The position numbers were made by a program, and so were the translations under genes. The notes beneath the pieces were generated by a model that saw nothing but the letters and a program-made list of their open reading frames with translations, searched no databases and had not been told where the DNA came from. Below are positions 16,277 through 26,712 of a DNA stretch of 64,000 nucleotides, one piece after another; position 1 is the stretch's first letter; every line of letters starts with the position of its first letter. The stretch is from a bacterium. GTDB lineage: Bacteria > Patescibacteriota > Patescibacteriia > JACPHY01. The DNA lies in NCBI GenBank assembly GCA_030646955.1, contig JAUSKM010000028.1, positions 1,065 through 65,064 on the forward strand. The letters run 5' to 3'.

Positions 16277-17396
16277 TCCTATGCTCGTCAAGTCACTCAA
16301 CCCGAAACTCTTCCAGAAGAATGTCGCGATGATCCCCACCCGCAATGGGTATGGGGAGGGATTGGTGGAAGCGGGGAAGCGGGATGGCAATGTGGTGGTG
16401 CTGTGTTGCGATCTGACAGAGTCCACGCGGTCGCAAGCGTTTGCGGAGCAGTTCCCGGAGCGGTTTGTGCAGGTGGGGGTGGCGGAGCAGAACATGGCGG
16501 GGCTTGCCGCGGGTATGGCGGCGTATGGGAAGGTGCCGTTCACGTCGAGCTATGCGGTGTTCTCGCCGGGGCGCAATTGGGATCAGACGCGCGTGGCGAT
16601 TGCGTATGGGGAGGCGAACGTGAAGATCGCGGGCGCGCACGCGGGCATCTCCGTGGGGCCGGACGGTGCGACGCACCAGGCATTGGAGGACCTGGCAATC
16701 ATGCGCGTGCTTCCGGGGATGGTGGTGCTTGCGCCGTGCGATGCGATCGAGGCAAAGAAAGCAGTGATCGCCGCTGCGGAGCATCGCGGGCCGGTGTACT
16801 TGCGGTTCACGCGCGAGAAGACGCCGATCATCACCACGCCGCGTGCGCCGTTTTCCATTGGGCGCGCGCAGGTGCTGCGCAAGGGGACGGATGCAACCAT
16901 CATCGCGGCGGGGCCGCTGGTGTTTGAAGCGTTGCTGGCCGCGGAGGCGTTGGCGGGGAACCGCACCGCGCTCGCGCGTATTGTGGAGCGCTACCCCGCG
17001 CTCTCCAAGCGTGTGAAGACATCCGCGCTCCACGGGCACTCCATGCAGCGCGCCAAGCAGGCGGTGCGATGGACGCCCGCGAGTATCCGCGATCTCCTGG
17101 CGCATGCGGGGCGCATGGACATTGAGGTCATCAATTGCCCGTCCATCAAGCCGCTGGACCACGGTGCCATCGTGGCAAGCGCCAAAAAGACCGGCCGCGT
17201 CATCACGGTGGAGGAGCACCAGATCACCGGCGGCCTCTTTGGCGCCATCGCAGAGCTTTTGGCGCGCCATCATCCCGTGCCTATCACCCCCATCGGCATG
17301 CCAAACTCCTTTGGCGAGAGCGGCGAACCGATGGAGCTTTTGGAGAAGTACGGCATGACCGCACCGCACGTCATCGCAGCGCTCATTCAGCAGTAA
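16269..17396 (+). CDS. transketolase, C-terminal (pyrimidine-binding and C-terminal domain) subunit
   Basis: The ATG overlaps the upstream stop (ATGAGTAA). The product has the Tkt central and C-terminal domains. Confidence 0.85.
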   Translation: MSNPMLVKSLNPKLFQKNVAMIPTRNGYGEGLVEAGKRDGNVVVLCCDLTESTRSQAFAEQFPERFVQVGVAEQNMAGLAAGMAAYGKVPFTSSYAVFSPGRNWDQTRVAIAYGEANVKIAGAHAGISVGPDGATHQALEDLAIMRVLPGMVVLAPCDAIEAKKAVIAAAEHRGPVYLRFTREKTPIITTPRAPFSIGRAQVLRKGTDATIIAAGPLVFEALLAAEALAGNRTALARIVERYPALSKRVKTSALHGHSMQRAKQAVRWTPASIRDLLAHAGRMDIEVINCPSIKPLDHGAIVASAKKTGRVITVEEHQITGGLFGAIAELLARHHPVPITPIGMPNSFGESGEPMELLEKYGMTAPHVIAALIQQ

Positions 17397-17409
17397 CCCC
17401 CGCACGCAT

Positions 17410-19674
17410 ATGCGCATGTTCCGAAGTATCGGTATCATTGCCATCACCCTCGCATTCCTCGCGAGCGGGGTGCCCGCACCCGCTGCCGCATCGGTTGTGG
17501 GTGATCTCCCACCGTTTTCCGACGACCTTGTCATCAGCTCTCCCGAACTCCCGGGCGGCGCGCTCCGCGTGCTTGGCCAGCAGGATGAAGTACGCGAGTT
17601 CCCGCTCAAACACACGGACGTGGACGCGCGCATTGCGGGTCGTCTTGCGCACGTGACCGTGCGCCAGGAGTTTACGAATCCGTACGAGGAGGTCATCGAG
17701 GCCGTGTATGTCTTCCCGCTCCCCGAGGACGCCGCGGTGAACCGGATGGAGATGCACATCGGCGACCGCATCGTACGCGGAATCATCAAGACGCGCGAGG
17801 AGGCGCGCGCGACGTACGAGGAAGCGAAGCGCGAGGGGAAGCGCGCGGGGCTCCTTGAGCAGGAACGCGCAAACATCTTCACGCAGTCCGTCGCGAATAT
17901 TCAGCCCGGCGAGTCCATCACGGTGGAGATCGCGTACGTCCACGCGCTCGTGCCGAACGATGGAATTTTTACGTTCGCCTTTCCCATGGTCGTTGGCCCG
18001 CGGTACATCCCGGGCACACAGGCCGTGGGGCAAATCGGAACGGGCACGGTGCCGGACACGGACGCGGTGCCGGACGCCTCGCGCATCACCCCGCCCGTCC
18101 TCCCGCCCGGCACGCGCTCGGGCCACGACATTGCGCTCACAGCGACGCTCTCCGCAGGGTACCCCATCACCGCGCTCGACACGCCGACGCACGCCGTTGA
18201 CATCGTGCGTTCGAGCGATACGCAGGCGACGGTGGCGCTCAAGCCGTTCGACACTATCCCGAACAAGGACTTTGTCCTCCGCTGGCGCACGGATGCTGAG
18301 TCCATCGCGCCCGCGCTCCTCGCGAAGCGTGCGGAGGACGGCGACGGCGGCCACTTCCTCCTCATGGTTCAACCGCCCGCAGCACCCTCCGCCGCAAGCG
18401 TGACACCAAAGGAAATCATTTTCATTGTAGACGCGTCCGGCTCCATGAGTGGGGAGCCCATCGCGAAGCTCAAGGCGGCGATGCGCTATGCGCTCGAGCA
18501 CCTCAACTCGGACGACGCGTTCACCGTTCTCCAGTTCTCGTCCACGAACGCCTGGCTCTCGGATGTTCCGCTCCCCGCCACCTCGGAGAACATCCGACGC
18601 GGCCTACAGTACGTCAATGGCATTGAGACGAGCGGAGGGACGGAGATGTGGGGCGCAGTCAACGCTGCGCTCAACGCGCCGAAGACCGACCCAGCGCGTA
18701 TTCGTATCATCTCCCTCATGACCGATGGACTCATCGGGAACGAACGCGATGTCACGCGTCGCGTGGATGAGATCCTCGGTGACGCGCGTCTCTTCCCCTT
18801 TGGCGTCGGTTCGAGCGTCAACCGCGCACTCATCGAATCCCTCGCGCAGGCCGGCCGCGGCTACCCCACGGTTGTCACGCTCCGCGAGTCCGGAGAGGAC
18901 GCGGTGCAGCGTTTCTACAATCGCCTCGCGTCGCCGCTCCTCACGGACATTACCGTGGACTGGGGATCGCTCGTGGTGCACGACGTCACACCCGCGCGCA
19001 TCCCGGACCTCTTTGCGGGCGAACAGCTCGCTGTTGTCGGCGCGTACGACCGCGCGGGGACCGACACGATTCGCATCACGGGCAAGGTACGCGGCGCACC
19101 GACGACGTTCGTGTTGCCCGTCACGTTCCCCGCAGAGAGTAACGACACCTACGCTGCGATCCCCACGATCTGGGCGCGATGGCGCGTGCGTGGGATCACA
19201 CACGACTACGCAATGAGCGCTGGCGATCAAGAGGCAGCCGTCACCGCCCTCGGCCTCGCATATCGCATCGTCACGCCGTTCACATCGTTCGTCGCAGTAG
19301 AGGAGATTCCCTCTGCAACCCCGGGCGTCCTGCCGCGTACCGTGCCCGTGCCGGTCGAGATCCCGGAGGGCGTGAGCTACAAGGGGGTATTCGGATCGCC
19401 CGGCCTCGACGGCATGGGCGGCGGGGGCATGTACACCACGCTTGATGTTGGTCTGGGTGGCGCGTACGGAGGGCAGGAGGTATCATTCGGCGCGCGCGAT
19501 CCCGGAGCAGTACGGAGAGCGCTCATCAATCTCATCGGCGCAGCCATCCTCGCGCTCCTTGTGCTCGCGGGCATCATCTCCGCCATCGTCCATGTGGTGC
19601 GCACGCGACGGAAAGAACACGCGGGGCATCCCAAGAGTGGAGACGATGCCGCTCCACCGCCAACGATAGAGTAG
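17410..19674 (+). CDS. VIT plus von Willebrand factor A domain protein with C-terminal TM anchor (754 aa)
   Basis: An N-terminal signal peptide is followed by a vault/inter-alpha-trypsin (VIT) domain, a vWA domain with the MIDAS motif DASGSMSG, and a C-terminal hydrophobic helix. Confidence 0.8.
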   Translation: MRMFRSIGIIAITLAFLASGVPAPAAASVVGDLPPFSDDLVISSPELPGGALRVLGQQDEVREFPLKHTDVDARIAGRLAHVTVRQEFTNPYEEVIEAVYVFPLPEDAAVNRMEMHIGDRIVRGIIKTREEARATYEEAKREGKRAGLLEQERANIFTQSVANIQPGESITVEIAYVHALVPNDGIFTFAFPMVVGPRYIPGTQAVGQIGTGTVPDTDAVPDASRITPPVLPPGTRSGHDIALTATLSAGYPITALDTPTHAVDIVRSSDTQATVALKPFDTIPNKDFVLRWRTDAESIAPALLAKRAEDGDGGHFLLMVQPPAAPSAASVTPKEIIFIVDASGSMSGEPIAKLKAAMRYALEHLNSDDAFTVLQFSSTNAWLSDVPLPATSENIRRGLQYVNGIETSGGTEMWGAVNAALNAPKTDPARIRIISLMTDGLIGNERDVTRRVDEILGDARLFPFGVGSSVNRALIESLAQAGRGYPTVVTLRESGEDAVQRFYNRLASPLLTDITVDWGSLVVHDVTPARIPDLFAGEQLAVVGAYDRAGTDTIRITGKVRGAPTTFVLPVTFPAESNDTYAAIPTIWARWRVRGITHDYAMSAGDQEAAVTALGLAYRIVTPFTSFVAVEEIPSATPGVLPRTVPVPVEIPEGVSYKGVFGSPGLDGMGGGGMYTTLDVGLGGAYGGQEVSFGARDPGAVRRALINLIGAAILALLVLAGIISAIVHVVRTRRKEHAGHPKSGDDAAPPPTIE

Positions 19675-19733
19675 TGCGTGATGCTCCACACCCCTCCCGA
19701 CGCGCATCGGGTGGGGTGTGTTATGCTAAGGGT

Positions 19734-20708
19734 ATGTACGCTCTCATCACCATTGGCGACATTAAATTAGATACGTTCATCGTGCTGGATGACGCGTCGC
19801 TCCAGTGTTCGTTGGAAGAAAGTCACGCGTGCAAGCTTTGCATCGAGTACGGCGCGAAGATTCCGGTGAAGGATTTTGAACCGCAAATTGCTGGGTCTGC
19901 GCCAAACGTCGCAGTCGCGTTGTCGCGGTTGAAGCTGAAAACCGCGGTGTACTCCATCGTGGGGAGCGATCCTACTGGCATGCTTGCCTACGCACACCTG
20001 CGCAAGGAAGGGGTGCGTACGACGTACGTAAAGACCTCGCGGCACGGGCGCTCCAGCTACTCCGTGGTTATCAGCTACAAGGGTGATCGGACGATCCTGG
20101 GCGTGCTGCACCCGCGTACCTATCGGCTGCCGCGGCTTGCAGCAACTAAGTGGCTCTACCTTTCGGAAATGGGGGAGGATTTTGTATCGCTCTACGATGA
20201 TGTGGCGGCACTGCACGCGCGGACGCAGGTGAAGATCGGTTTTAATCCGGGTGCGGTGCAAATTCGCGCGGGCGCGCGTAAGCTCAAACCGCTTCTTAAG
20301 GCGACAGCGGTGTTGTTTGTGAATCGCGAAGAGGGTCATCAGCTTTTGGGGAAGAAGCATAGCCTCGATACGAAGCATCTTCTCACCGCGCTCTGGAAGT
20401 TGGGACCAGATGCCGTGGTCGTGACGGATGGTTCGGAGGGCGCGTACGCGTTTGATGGCGGCGATGGGTGGCACCTGCCCGCGTTCCCTGCGACGGTGGT
20501 GGAATCCACGGGCGCGGGGGATGGTTTCGCGGCGGGCGTGCTGGCGGGTACGATGTACGGGAAGCCACTTGCGGAGGCGCTGCGGTGGGGCGCGGCCAAC
20601 GCTGCATCGGTGGTGGGCGCCGTTGGTCCCACACCCGGGCTCCTCACCAAGACGCAAATGGACCGCGCGCTCAAGCGGCATGTGCACATGACGGCACGGG
20701 TTCTATGA
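19734..20708 (+). CDS. PfkB-family carbohydrate kinase (ribokinase-like)
   Basis: The product has the PfkB signatures (the GAGD anion hole and the C-terminal DTTGAGD-like motif) and is 324 aa. Confidence 0.8.
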   Translation: MYALITIGDIKLDTFIVLDDASLQCSLEESHACKLCIEYGAKIPVKDFEPQIAGSAPNVAVALSRLKLKTAVYSIVGSDPTGMLAYAHLRKEGVRTTYVKTSRHGRSSYSVVISYKGDRTILGVLHPRTYRLPRLAATKWLYLSEMGEDFVSLYDDVAALHARTQVKIGFNPGAVQIRAGARKLKPLLKATAVLFVNREEGHQLLGKKHSLDTKHLLTALWKLGPDAVVVTDGSEGAYAFDGGDGWHLPAFPATVVESTGAGDGFAAGVLAGTMYGKPLAEALRWGAANAASVVGAVGPTPGLLTKTQMDRALKRHVHMTARVL

Positions 20709-20980
20709 GGTCTCCAGCACCTGGCATGGTGTGTTATCCGAAGAGCATGGCGACCGCTGCTGCGTGGTTTGGGTGGACGGGGGCGGCGATGTTCCTGCTG
20801 GCGTACACGTTGGCGATTTTTGGCGTTATCAATGCAACAGCACTGTCGTACGCGATCCTCAATGGCCTTGGTGCACTTGGAGTAATCATTGAGGCGGTTG
20901 TGCATCGGACGAAACCAGTGCTTTTTCTCAATGTTGCGTGGCTTGGTATCGCGATTGCCGCATTGTTTCGTAATCTATGA
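20705..20980 (+). CDS. small membrane protein (91 aa)
   Basis: It has ATGA overlaps with both the upstream pfkB stop and the downstream fba start. Two to three TM helices are predicted. Confidence 0.5.
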   Translation: MRSPAPGMVCYPKSMATAAAWFGWTGAAMFLLAYTLAIFGVINATALSYAILNGLGALGVIIEAVVHRTKPVLFLNVAWLGIAIAALFRNL

Positions 20981-21924
20981 TCGCAAAACAACCCCTTCAG
21001 CTTCTGCAAAAAGCGTTGCGTGGCAAGTATGCCATCGGTGCGTTCAACGTGAATAATTTGGAGCTTTTGCAGGGCATTGTACGTGGTGCAGAAGCACAGC
21101 GTGCGCCGGTGATTCTGCAGACCAGCGAGGGAGCGATTGAATACGCGGGAATGGCAGAGCTGGTAGCGATGATGAGCACTGCGGCGCAGCGCGCGACGGT
21201 GCCGTGCGTTATTCACTTGGATCACGGGAAGGATTTGGACGTTGTTCGCGCGGCGATCAAGCAGGGGTACACGAGTGTTATGTACGATGGCTCATCGCTC
21301 TCGTACGACGAGAACGTGCGCAACACCGCGAAAGTGGTGCGCTGGGCGCGCGCAGCAGGGGTGATGGTGGAGGCAGAGCTGGGTGCGATCGCGGGGACAG
21401 AGGATTTGGTGTCGGTTGAAGCGCGCGAGGCGACGTATACCATCCCGGAGCAGGCGCTGGATTTTGTAGAGCGCACGGGTTGTGACAGCCTTGCCATTGC
21501 CATCGGCACGGCGCACGGGGCACACAAAGCGGCAGTGACGAATATTGTATTGGACATCCCGCGGCTCAAACGTATTCATGCGTTGGTGCAAAAAACGCCG
21601 CTGGTACTGCACGGCGCATCATCGGTGCCTGATGAGCTGGTGGGGGAGACGCGCATGTACTGCTCCATGTTGGGCGATTGTCAGCGGTTGGATGGGGCGC
21701 AAGGCATTCCCGACACGCAAGTACGGCAGGCGATCGCGAACGGCGTGTGTAAGGTGAATACCGACACAGATCTGCGCATCGCGTTCACGGCCGCAGTTCG
21801 TGAGACCATCGTAGAACAAAAAGATGTGTTCGATCCTCGCAAGCTCCTGGCCCCGGCTCGCGATGCCATCCAGCGCATCGTCACACAGCGCATCGCGGTT
21901 TTTGGGAGTAAGGGGAAGGGCTAA
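20977..21924 (+). CDS. fba: class II fructose-bisphosphate aldolase
   Basis: The product matches the FbaA/TBP aldolase family (HLDHG, GTAHG motifs) and is 315 aa. Confidence 0.9.
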   Translation: MIAKQPLQLLQKALRGKYAIGAFNVNNLELLQGIVRGAEAQRAPVILQTSEGAIEYAGMAELVAMMSTAAQRATVPCVIHLDHGKDLDVVRAAIKQGYTSVMYDGSSLSYDENVRNTAKVVRWARAAGVMVEAELGAIAGTEDLVSVEAREATYTIPEQALDFVERTGCDSLAIAIGTAHGAHKAAVTNIVLDIPRLKRIHALVQKTPLVLHGASSVPDELVGETRMYCSMLGDCQRLDGAQGIPDTQVRQAIANGVCKVNTDTDLRIAFTAAVRETIVEQKDVFDPRKLLAPARDAIQRIVTQRIAVFGSKGKG

Positions 21925-22934
21925 TGGAGTGTATGTACGACATCATGACCATCGGTGCGGCGACGCAGGATGTATTCCTGTCATCGCGGGCGTGGGAGAT
22001 TCAGAAAGATGCGACATCGCCCACGGGGTTGGAGCAGTGTCTGCCGCTGGGCGCGAAGGTGCCGGTGGAGCGATTGGCGTTTGCGGTGGGCGGCGGAGCG
22101 GCCAACGCGGCGGCAACGTGCGCGGCATTGGGACTGCGTACCGCTGCGCTCTGCCGCATTGGCGCGGATGATATCAGTGGCGCAAACGTGCTGGCCACGT
22201 TCGCCTCGCGCGGCATTGCGGCGAAGTTTGTGCAGCAGGACCGCAAACAGCACACGGCGTACTCCGTCGTGTTGCTCTCGGGTGCCGGACATCGCACCAT
22301 TTTGACGCACCGTGGTGCAGCCGCAGCCATCAATGCGAAGGATGTCTCCTGGAAGCGACTTCGGGCACGATGGTTTTACGTATCATCGTTGGGTGGCAAT
22401 CTTGCGTTGGCGCGGCGCATCTTTTCGCACGCGGCCGCGCACGGGATTGCGGTTGCATGGAATCCAGGAAGCGCAGAGCTTGCCGCAGGCATGAAAGCAC
22501 TTGCGCCGCTTATCGCAAAGACCGCGATGTTCAATGTGAATCGAGAAGAAGCAAAGGTGCTGACTGGCGTGCAAACCAATGAGCCCGCGGCCACACTTCA
22601 GAAACTTCGTGACGCAGTAGGTGGCGGCAGCATTGGCGATGCGCGGTATGTGCTCATGACCGATGGTGAACAGGGTGCCTTTATGAGTGTTGGCGGCGCA
22701 ACGTGGTTTGCACCCGCGCGTTCCGTGCGCGCGGTGAACGCAACGGGCGCGGGCGACGCGTTTGGCTCCGCGTTCGTTTCCGGTCTTGCACATGGGTGGG
22801 ATGCGCCGTCATCGTTGCGTTTGGCCATGGCGAACGCCGAGGGCGTCATCCGGAACATGGGCGCGCAGACCGGCATTCTCTCCAAACTACCCGCCCCCCA
22901 GTCACTCGCACGCTTCCGCGTGCGGAAGGTATAG
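21924..22934 (+). CDS. PfkB-family sugar kinase (second copy)
   Basis: A TAATG overlap joins it to fba. The PfkB motifs (GGGAAN, NATGAGDAF) are present. Confidence 0.8.
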   Translation: MECMYDIMTIGAATQDVFLSSRAWEIQKDATSPTGLEQCLPLGAKVPVERLAFAVGGGAANAAATCAALGLRTAALCRIGADDISGANVLATFASRGIAAKFVQQDRKQHTAYSVVLLSGAGHRTILTHRGAAAAINAKDVSWKRLRARWFYVSSLGGNLALARRIFSHAAAHGIAVAWNPGSAELAAGMKALAPLIAKTAMFNVNREEAKVLTGVQTNEPAATLQKLRDAVGGGSIGDARYVLMTDGEQGAFMSVGGATWFAPARSVRAVNATGAGDAFGSAFVSGLAHGWDAPSSLRLAMANAEGVIRNMGAQTGILSKLPAPQSLARFRVRKV

Positions 22935-22962
22935 GAGTTCTAGTTCTTCCCTTGACTGTGCG

Positions 22963-23200
22963 GGCACGTTCTCTGATTCTCCCCCCTCTCCTTGTACCCA
23001 AGGGGAGGGGGGATTGAGGGGGGAGGGGAGGTCTGACGTATGACCAGTGGGGTCAGCGGTACACGTGCCGGTGTTGCATGGTTGCGCGTACCCCATTTGA
23101 TAGCACTGTTTTCGGTCCCGCTCCATGCGCACCTCTCCCCCTCCCACTCCCCCTCTCCCCGCAGACGCGGAGAGGGGGAGGGTCAGAGACAAAAAGAAAC
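22963..23200. repeat. Partial copies of the G/C palindromic modules (CCCCCCTCTCCTTGTACCCAAGGGGAGGGGGG…; CCTCTCCCCGCAGACGCGGAGAGGG)
   Basis: These match the right and left modules of composites 13231-13362 and 34347-34480. ORF 23040..23261 is an artefact of the repeat. Confidence 0.6.
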
Positions 23201-23229
23201 GCATCCCCCGATTGGTTCGGGGGATGCTG
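23186..23229 (-). terminator. Intrinsic terminator for minus-strand gene 23267..23602
   Basis: Hairpin GCATCCCCCG-attggttc-GGGGGATGC has GTTTCTTTTTGTCTC on the minus strand. Confidence 0.5.
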
Positions 23230-23266
23230 TTGTGTATGGTGCCTACGCCTCGCGCTCGTGATTCGG

Positions 23267-23602
23267 CTACGCGATGGCGAGCAGCGCGGTGGTCACCGTG
23301 CGTGTGGTGCCTGGAAGCGATGCGGGGTATTGTCGTGTTTCGAGCGGAATGAACTGGAAGGACCGGTTCGGCCAACGACGAAACAATTCGCTCCTGCATG
23401 CAGCGAGCATTTTCGCGGCATCTGCGGCGTATATGTTCTGATCTTCTTTGAGGCCGAGGAAGCCGAGCGACACCGTGAGCGGAATTTCGGATTCGACCCG
23501 AATCGGGAGCACCATGCACTCCGCCGCGTGCGCTTGAAGCGCACCGTCACCCTTCGCTCCGCATGCAAGACACCAGAAATGATCAGCCACAGACATCGTC
23601 AT
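23267..23602 (-). CDS. hypothetical protein (111 aa)
   Basis: GGGAGGAA RBS lies 3 nt before the ATG. It is transcribed divergently from the dehydrogenase gene. Confidence 0.5.
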   Translation of the reverse strand: MTMSVADHFWCLACGAKGDGALQAHAAECMVLPIRVESEIPLTVSLGFLGLKEDQNIYAADAAKMLAACRSELFRRWPNRSFQFIPLETRQYPASLPGTTRTVTTALLAIA

Positions 23603-23731
23603 TTCCTCCCTGGGAAGTTTCCGCTGCAACCGTAGCAATGCATGTATTCCCTGTCAACATCATGCACATGGCGACGACTGTTGTTCCAGGATATGCTATT
23701 GCTAGCAGCCAGGAGTTAGTAGCCTTCTTCC

Positions 23732-24718
23732 ATGTCCACCATCTACGTCACGCGCGCCATTCCGGATGAGGGGTTGCGGTTATTGCGTGCGCGGCGGCAT
23801 GAGGTGATTGTCAATCCGGAGCAGCGCGGGATCACCAAAGATGAGCTGATCGCGGCACTGCGTGAGCATCAGCCAGAAGCATTACTATGTCTTCTGACCG
23901 ATGCCATTGATAGCGCGGTACTTGCCGCAGGTGCTCCGCACCTGAAGATCGTCGCCAACTACGCCGTCGGACATGACAATATCGATCTTGCGGCGGCGAA
24001 AGAGCACGGCATCGCAGTGACAAATACGCCGGATGTTTTGACCGACGCAGTAGCGGAGCACGCGGTCGCGCTTATGTTTGCGCTCATGCGCCGCGTGTGC
24101 GAGGCGGATCGATACGCGAAGGCGGGCAGATACAAGGGGTGGGATCCGTTCCTGTTCCTGGGGCCACAGATCAAAGGCAAGACGCTGGGTATCGTGGGGT
24201 TGGGGAGCATCGGCGCGGCAGTCGCGCAGCGCTGCGTGCAGGGCATGGGCATGCGCGTCATCTACAACGACCCCAAAACCGATGCGGCTTTTGAGCACGA
24301 GCATCACGCAGAATTTCGTGCGCTCGACGATCTTCTCCGCGAGGCAGATGTCGTCTCCATCCATGTCCCGCTCCTCCCCGCCACGCACCACCTTATCAAT
24401 GAGGAGCGCATCGCACGCATGAAGCCCACGGCGTACCTCATCAACACCTCGCGCGGGCCGGTGGTGGATGAGGAGGCGCTCATTGATGCACTGGCTATGA
24501 AGCAGCTTGCCGGCGCAGCATTGGATGTCTTTGAGTGTGAACCGTCCATTGCGTGTTTGCCGGAAGACCACCTGAAACTCAAAGCCATGCCCAACGTTAT
24601 CCTCACGCCGCACATCGCCTCTGCTACCATCGAGGCACGCCAGGCCATGTCCCGCATCGCGGCAGAAAACATCCTGGCCGTGCTCGCGGGCAAGGAGCCG
24701 CAAAATCGCGTGATGTAA
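23732..24718 (+). CDS. D-isomer-specific 2-hydroxyacid dehydrogenase (glyoxylate/hydroxypyruvate reductase family)
   Basis: The product has the NAD-binding motif GIVGLGSIG and the catalytic R/E/H triad region and is 328 aa. Confidence 0.85.
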   Translation: MSTIYVTRAIPDEGLRLLRARRHEVIVNPEQRGITKDELIAALREHQPEALLCLLTDAIDSAVLAAGAPHLKIVANYAVGHDNIDLAAAKEHGIAVTNTPDVLTDAVAEHAVALMFALMRRVCEADRYAKAGRYKGWDPFLFLGPQIKGKTLGIVGLGSIGAAVAQRCVQGMGMRVIYNDPKTDAAFEHEHHAEFRALDDLLREADVVSIHVPLLPATHHLINEERIARMKPTAYLINTSRGPVVDEEALIDALAMKQLAGAALDVFECEPSIACLPEDHLKLKAMPNVILTPHIASATIEARQAMSRIAAENILAVLAGKEPQNRVM

Positions 24719-24727
24719 GCGCATGGT

Positions 24728-24756
24728 TTGACATCAAAATCACGTCGGTGTACAGT
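24728..24756 (+). promoter_or_regulatory. Putative promoter TTGACA-N17-TACAGT upstream of typA
   Basis: The -35 box is exact and the -10 box matches 4 of 6. It lies 70 nt upstream of the typA ATG. Confidence 0.4.
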
Positions 24757-24825
24757 GAGAACGCATAGCATTTGCGCTGCGGCGCCCTTGGGGCGTCGTT
24801 TCTGGTATACGCGCCGCACACTCGT

Positions 24826-26640
24826 ATGGATATTCGCACCGTCGCCATCATCGCTCACGTAGACCACGGGAAGACCACGCTCGTCGACGCGCTCCTGAAG
24901 CAGTCGGCGGGGTTCACGTTGCACCGTGACGCGGAAGATACGCTCATCATGGACAGCAATGAGCTGGAGCGTGAGCGCGGCATCACCATTTTTGCGAAGA
25001 ACGCATCGGTACGGTACGGCGATACGAAGATTTGCATCGTGGACACGCCAGGTCACGCGGATTTTGGCGGCGAGGTGGAGCGCATCATGCGCATGGTAGA
25101 TGGCTGTCTCTTGCTGGTGGACGCAAAGGAGGGGCCGATGCCGCAGACGCGGTTCGTGCTCAAGCACGCGCTGCGCTCCGGCCATCGCGTGATCGTTGTG
25201 ATCAATAAGATTGACAAGGACGGCGCGCGGCCCGACGAAGCGCTGAACGAGACGTTCGATTTGTTCGTGGAGCTTGGCGCATCAGACGCGCAGGCGGATT
25301 TTCCCGTGGTGTACGCGTCCGGCAAGCAGGGCGTTGCAGGTCTCACAGCGGATTTGAGTACGATGACATCCGTGGAGCCGCTTTTCGCAACTATCATGCG
25401 CGAGATTCCGCCCTCGGCTGCAGACGCATCTGCGCCGGCGAAGCTTGCGGTGGTGAGCACGGCGAGCGATTCGTACAAGGGACGGCTTGCGATTGGACGG
25501 CTTTCCGCCGGGACGCTCGCGGTTGGTTCGCCGATCGTGCGTATCGCGCGCGATGGCACCATTACATCAGCGCGCGTGAGCGCGGTGATGACGTTCGAGG
25601 GGCTTGATCGTATTGCGGTGGACACCGTCACCGCCGGTGATATCGTTGCGGTTGCGGGCGTGCCGGATGTGCAGATCGGCGATACGATTTCGGATCCCGC
25701 AGATCCCACACCGTTGGCCGTGGTCACCATCGAGGAACCGACGATTGAGATGACCTTCGGCGTCAATACGTCCCCGTTTGCGGGGCGCGAGGGCAAGTAT
25801 TCTACTTCGCGCAACATTGAGGAGCGCCTCGATCATGAGCTTGAGCGGGATGTCGCGCTGCGTGTGACGCGGCTTGGCGAAGGGAAGTGGCGCGTGGCAG
25901 GCCGCGGCGAGCTGCACCTGGCGATCCTCATTGAGACGATGCGCCGCGAAGGATACGAATTGGAGGTCTCGCGTCCCAAGGTGGTAACGAAGGACGTGGA
26001 TGGCGTGCTGCAGGAACCGTACGAGCGCGTGACCATCGAGACGCCGGAGCAGTACGCGGGTGCAATCATTGAAGAGCTGGGCAAGCGCCGCGGTGAGCTG
26101 GCGGATATGCGCGCGGAGCATGGGATAACCACGCTCGAGTTCACCATCCCCACGCGCGGGCTCATCGGGTTCCGTAACACCTTCCTCACGAAGACCAAGG
26201 GATTTGGTGTCATGGCGAGCATCATAGAGGGGTATGCGCCGTGGTACGGTACATTCGAGACGCGCGGAGGCGGCTCGCTCATCGCATTCGAGGCCGGTAC
26301 GACGTGCGCGTACGGTTTGGGCAACGCACAGGAACGCGGGCAGCTGTTCTGGGGATCTGCGGTGGCGGTGTACGAGGGGATGGTGGTGGGCGCCAACGCG
26401 AAACAGGACGATATTGAGGTGAACGTCTGCAAGGAAAAGCGACTGTCCAACATGCGCTCGAAGGGCGATGGTGAGGCAGTGCGATTGGACGTGCCGCGGA
26501 CGATGGGGTTGGAGGATGCAATCGCATTCATCGGCGATGATGAGCTGGTGGAGGTGACGCCGGAGAACGTGCGCATCCGTAAGGCCATCCTTTCCTCCGC
26601 CGCGCGGAAGCGTGTCGAGCGGTCCGCGCGCACATCTTGA
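24826..26640 (+). CDS. typA: translational GTPase TypA/BipA
   Basis: AHVDHGKTTL is the G1 motif. The product has EF-G-like domains and is 604 aa. Confidence 0.9.
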   Translation: MDIRTVAIIAHVDHGKTTLVDALLKQSAGFTLHRDAEDTLIMDSNELERERGITIFAKNASVRYGDTKICIVDTPGHADFGGEVERIMRMVDGCLLLVDAKEGPMPQTRFVLKHALRSGHRVIVVINKIDKDGARPDEALNETFDLFVELGASDAQADFPVVYASGKQGVAGLTADLSTMTSVEPLFATIMREIPPSAADASAPAKLAVVSTASDSYKGRLAIGRLSAGTLAVGSPIVRIARDGTITSARVSAVMTFEGLDRIAVDTVTAGDIVAVAGVPDVQIGDTISDPADPTPLAVVTIEEPTIEMTFGVNTSPFAGREGKYSTSRNIEERLDHELERDVALRVTRLGEGKWRVAGRGELHLAILIETMRREGYELEVSRPKVVTKDVDGVLQEPYERVTIETPEQYAGAIIEELGKRRGELADMRAEHGITTLEFTIPTRGLIGFRNTFLTKTKGFGVMASIIEGYAPWYGTFETRGGGSLIAFEAGTTCAYGLGNAQERGQLFWGSAVAVYEGMVVGANAKQDDIEVNVCKEKRLSNMRSKGDGEAVRLDVPRTMGLEDAIAFIGDDELVEVTPENVRIRKAILSSAARKRVERSARTS

Positions 26641-26712
26641 CGCGCACGCGGCAGGCGGATACGCTCAAGCTAGCATTCCCGCGTTGCTTCCCCCTGCGTG
26701 CGACTCTCGCGT

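Noticed and set aside
23040-23261. ORF 23040..23261 (73 aa, …SPSHSPSPRRRGEGEGQRQ…) and similar ORFs overlapping G/C palindromic repeats
   Set aside because: The translation is dictated by the palindromic repeat sequence. There is no RBS and it overlaps the terminator of the adjacent gene.
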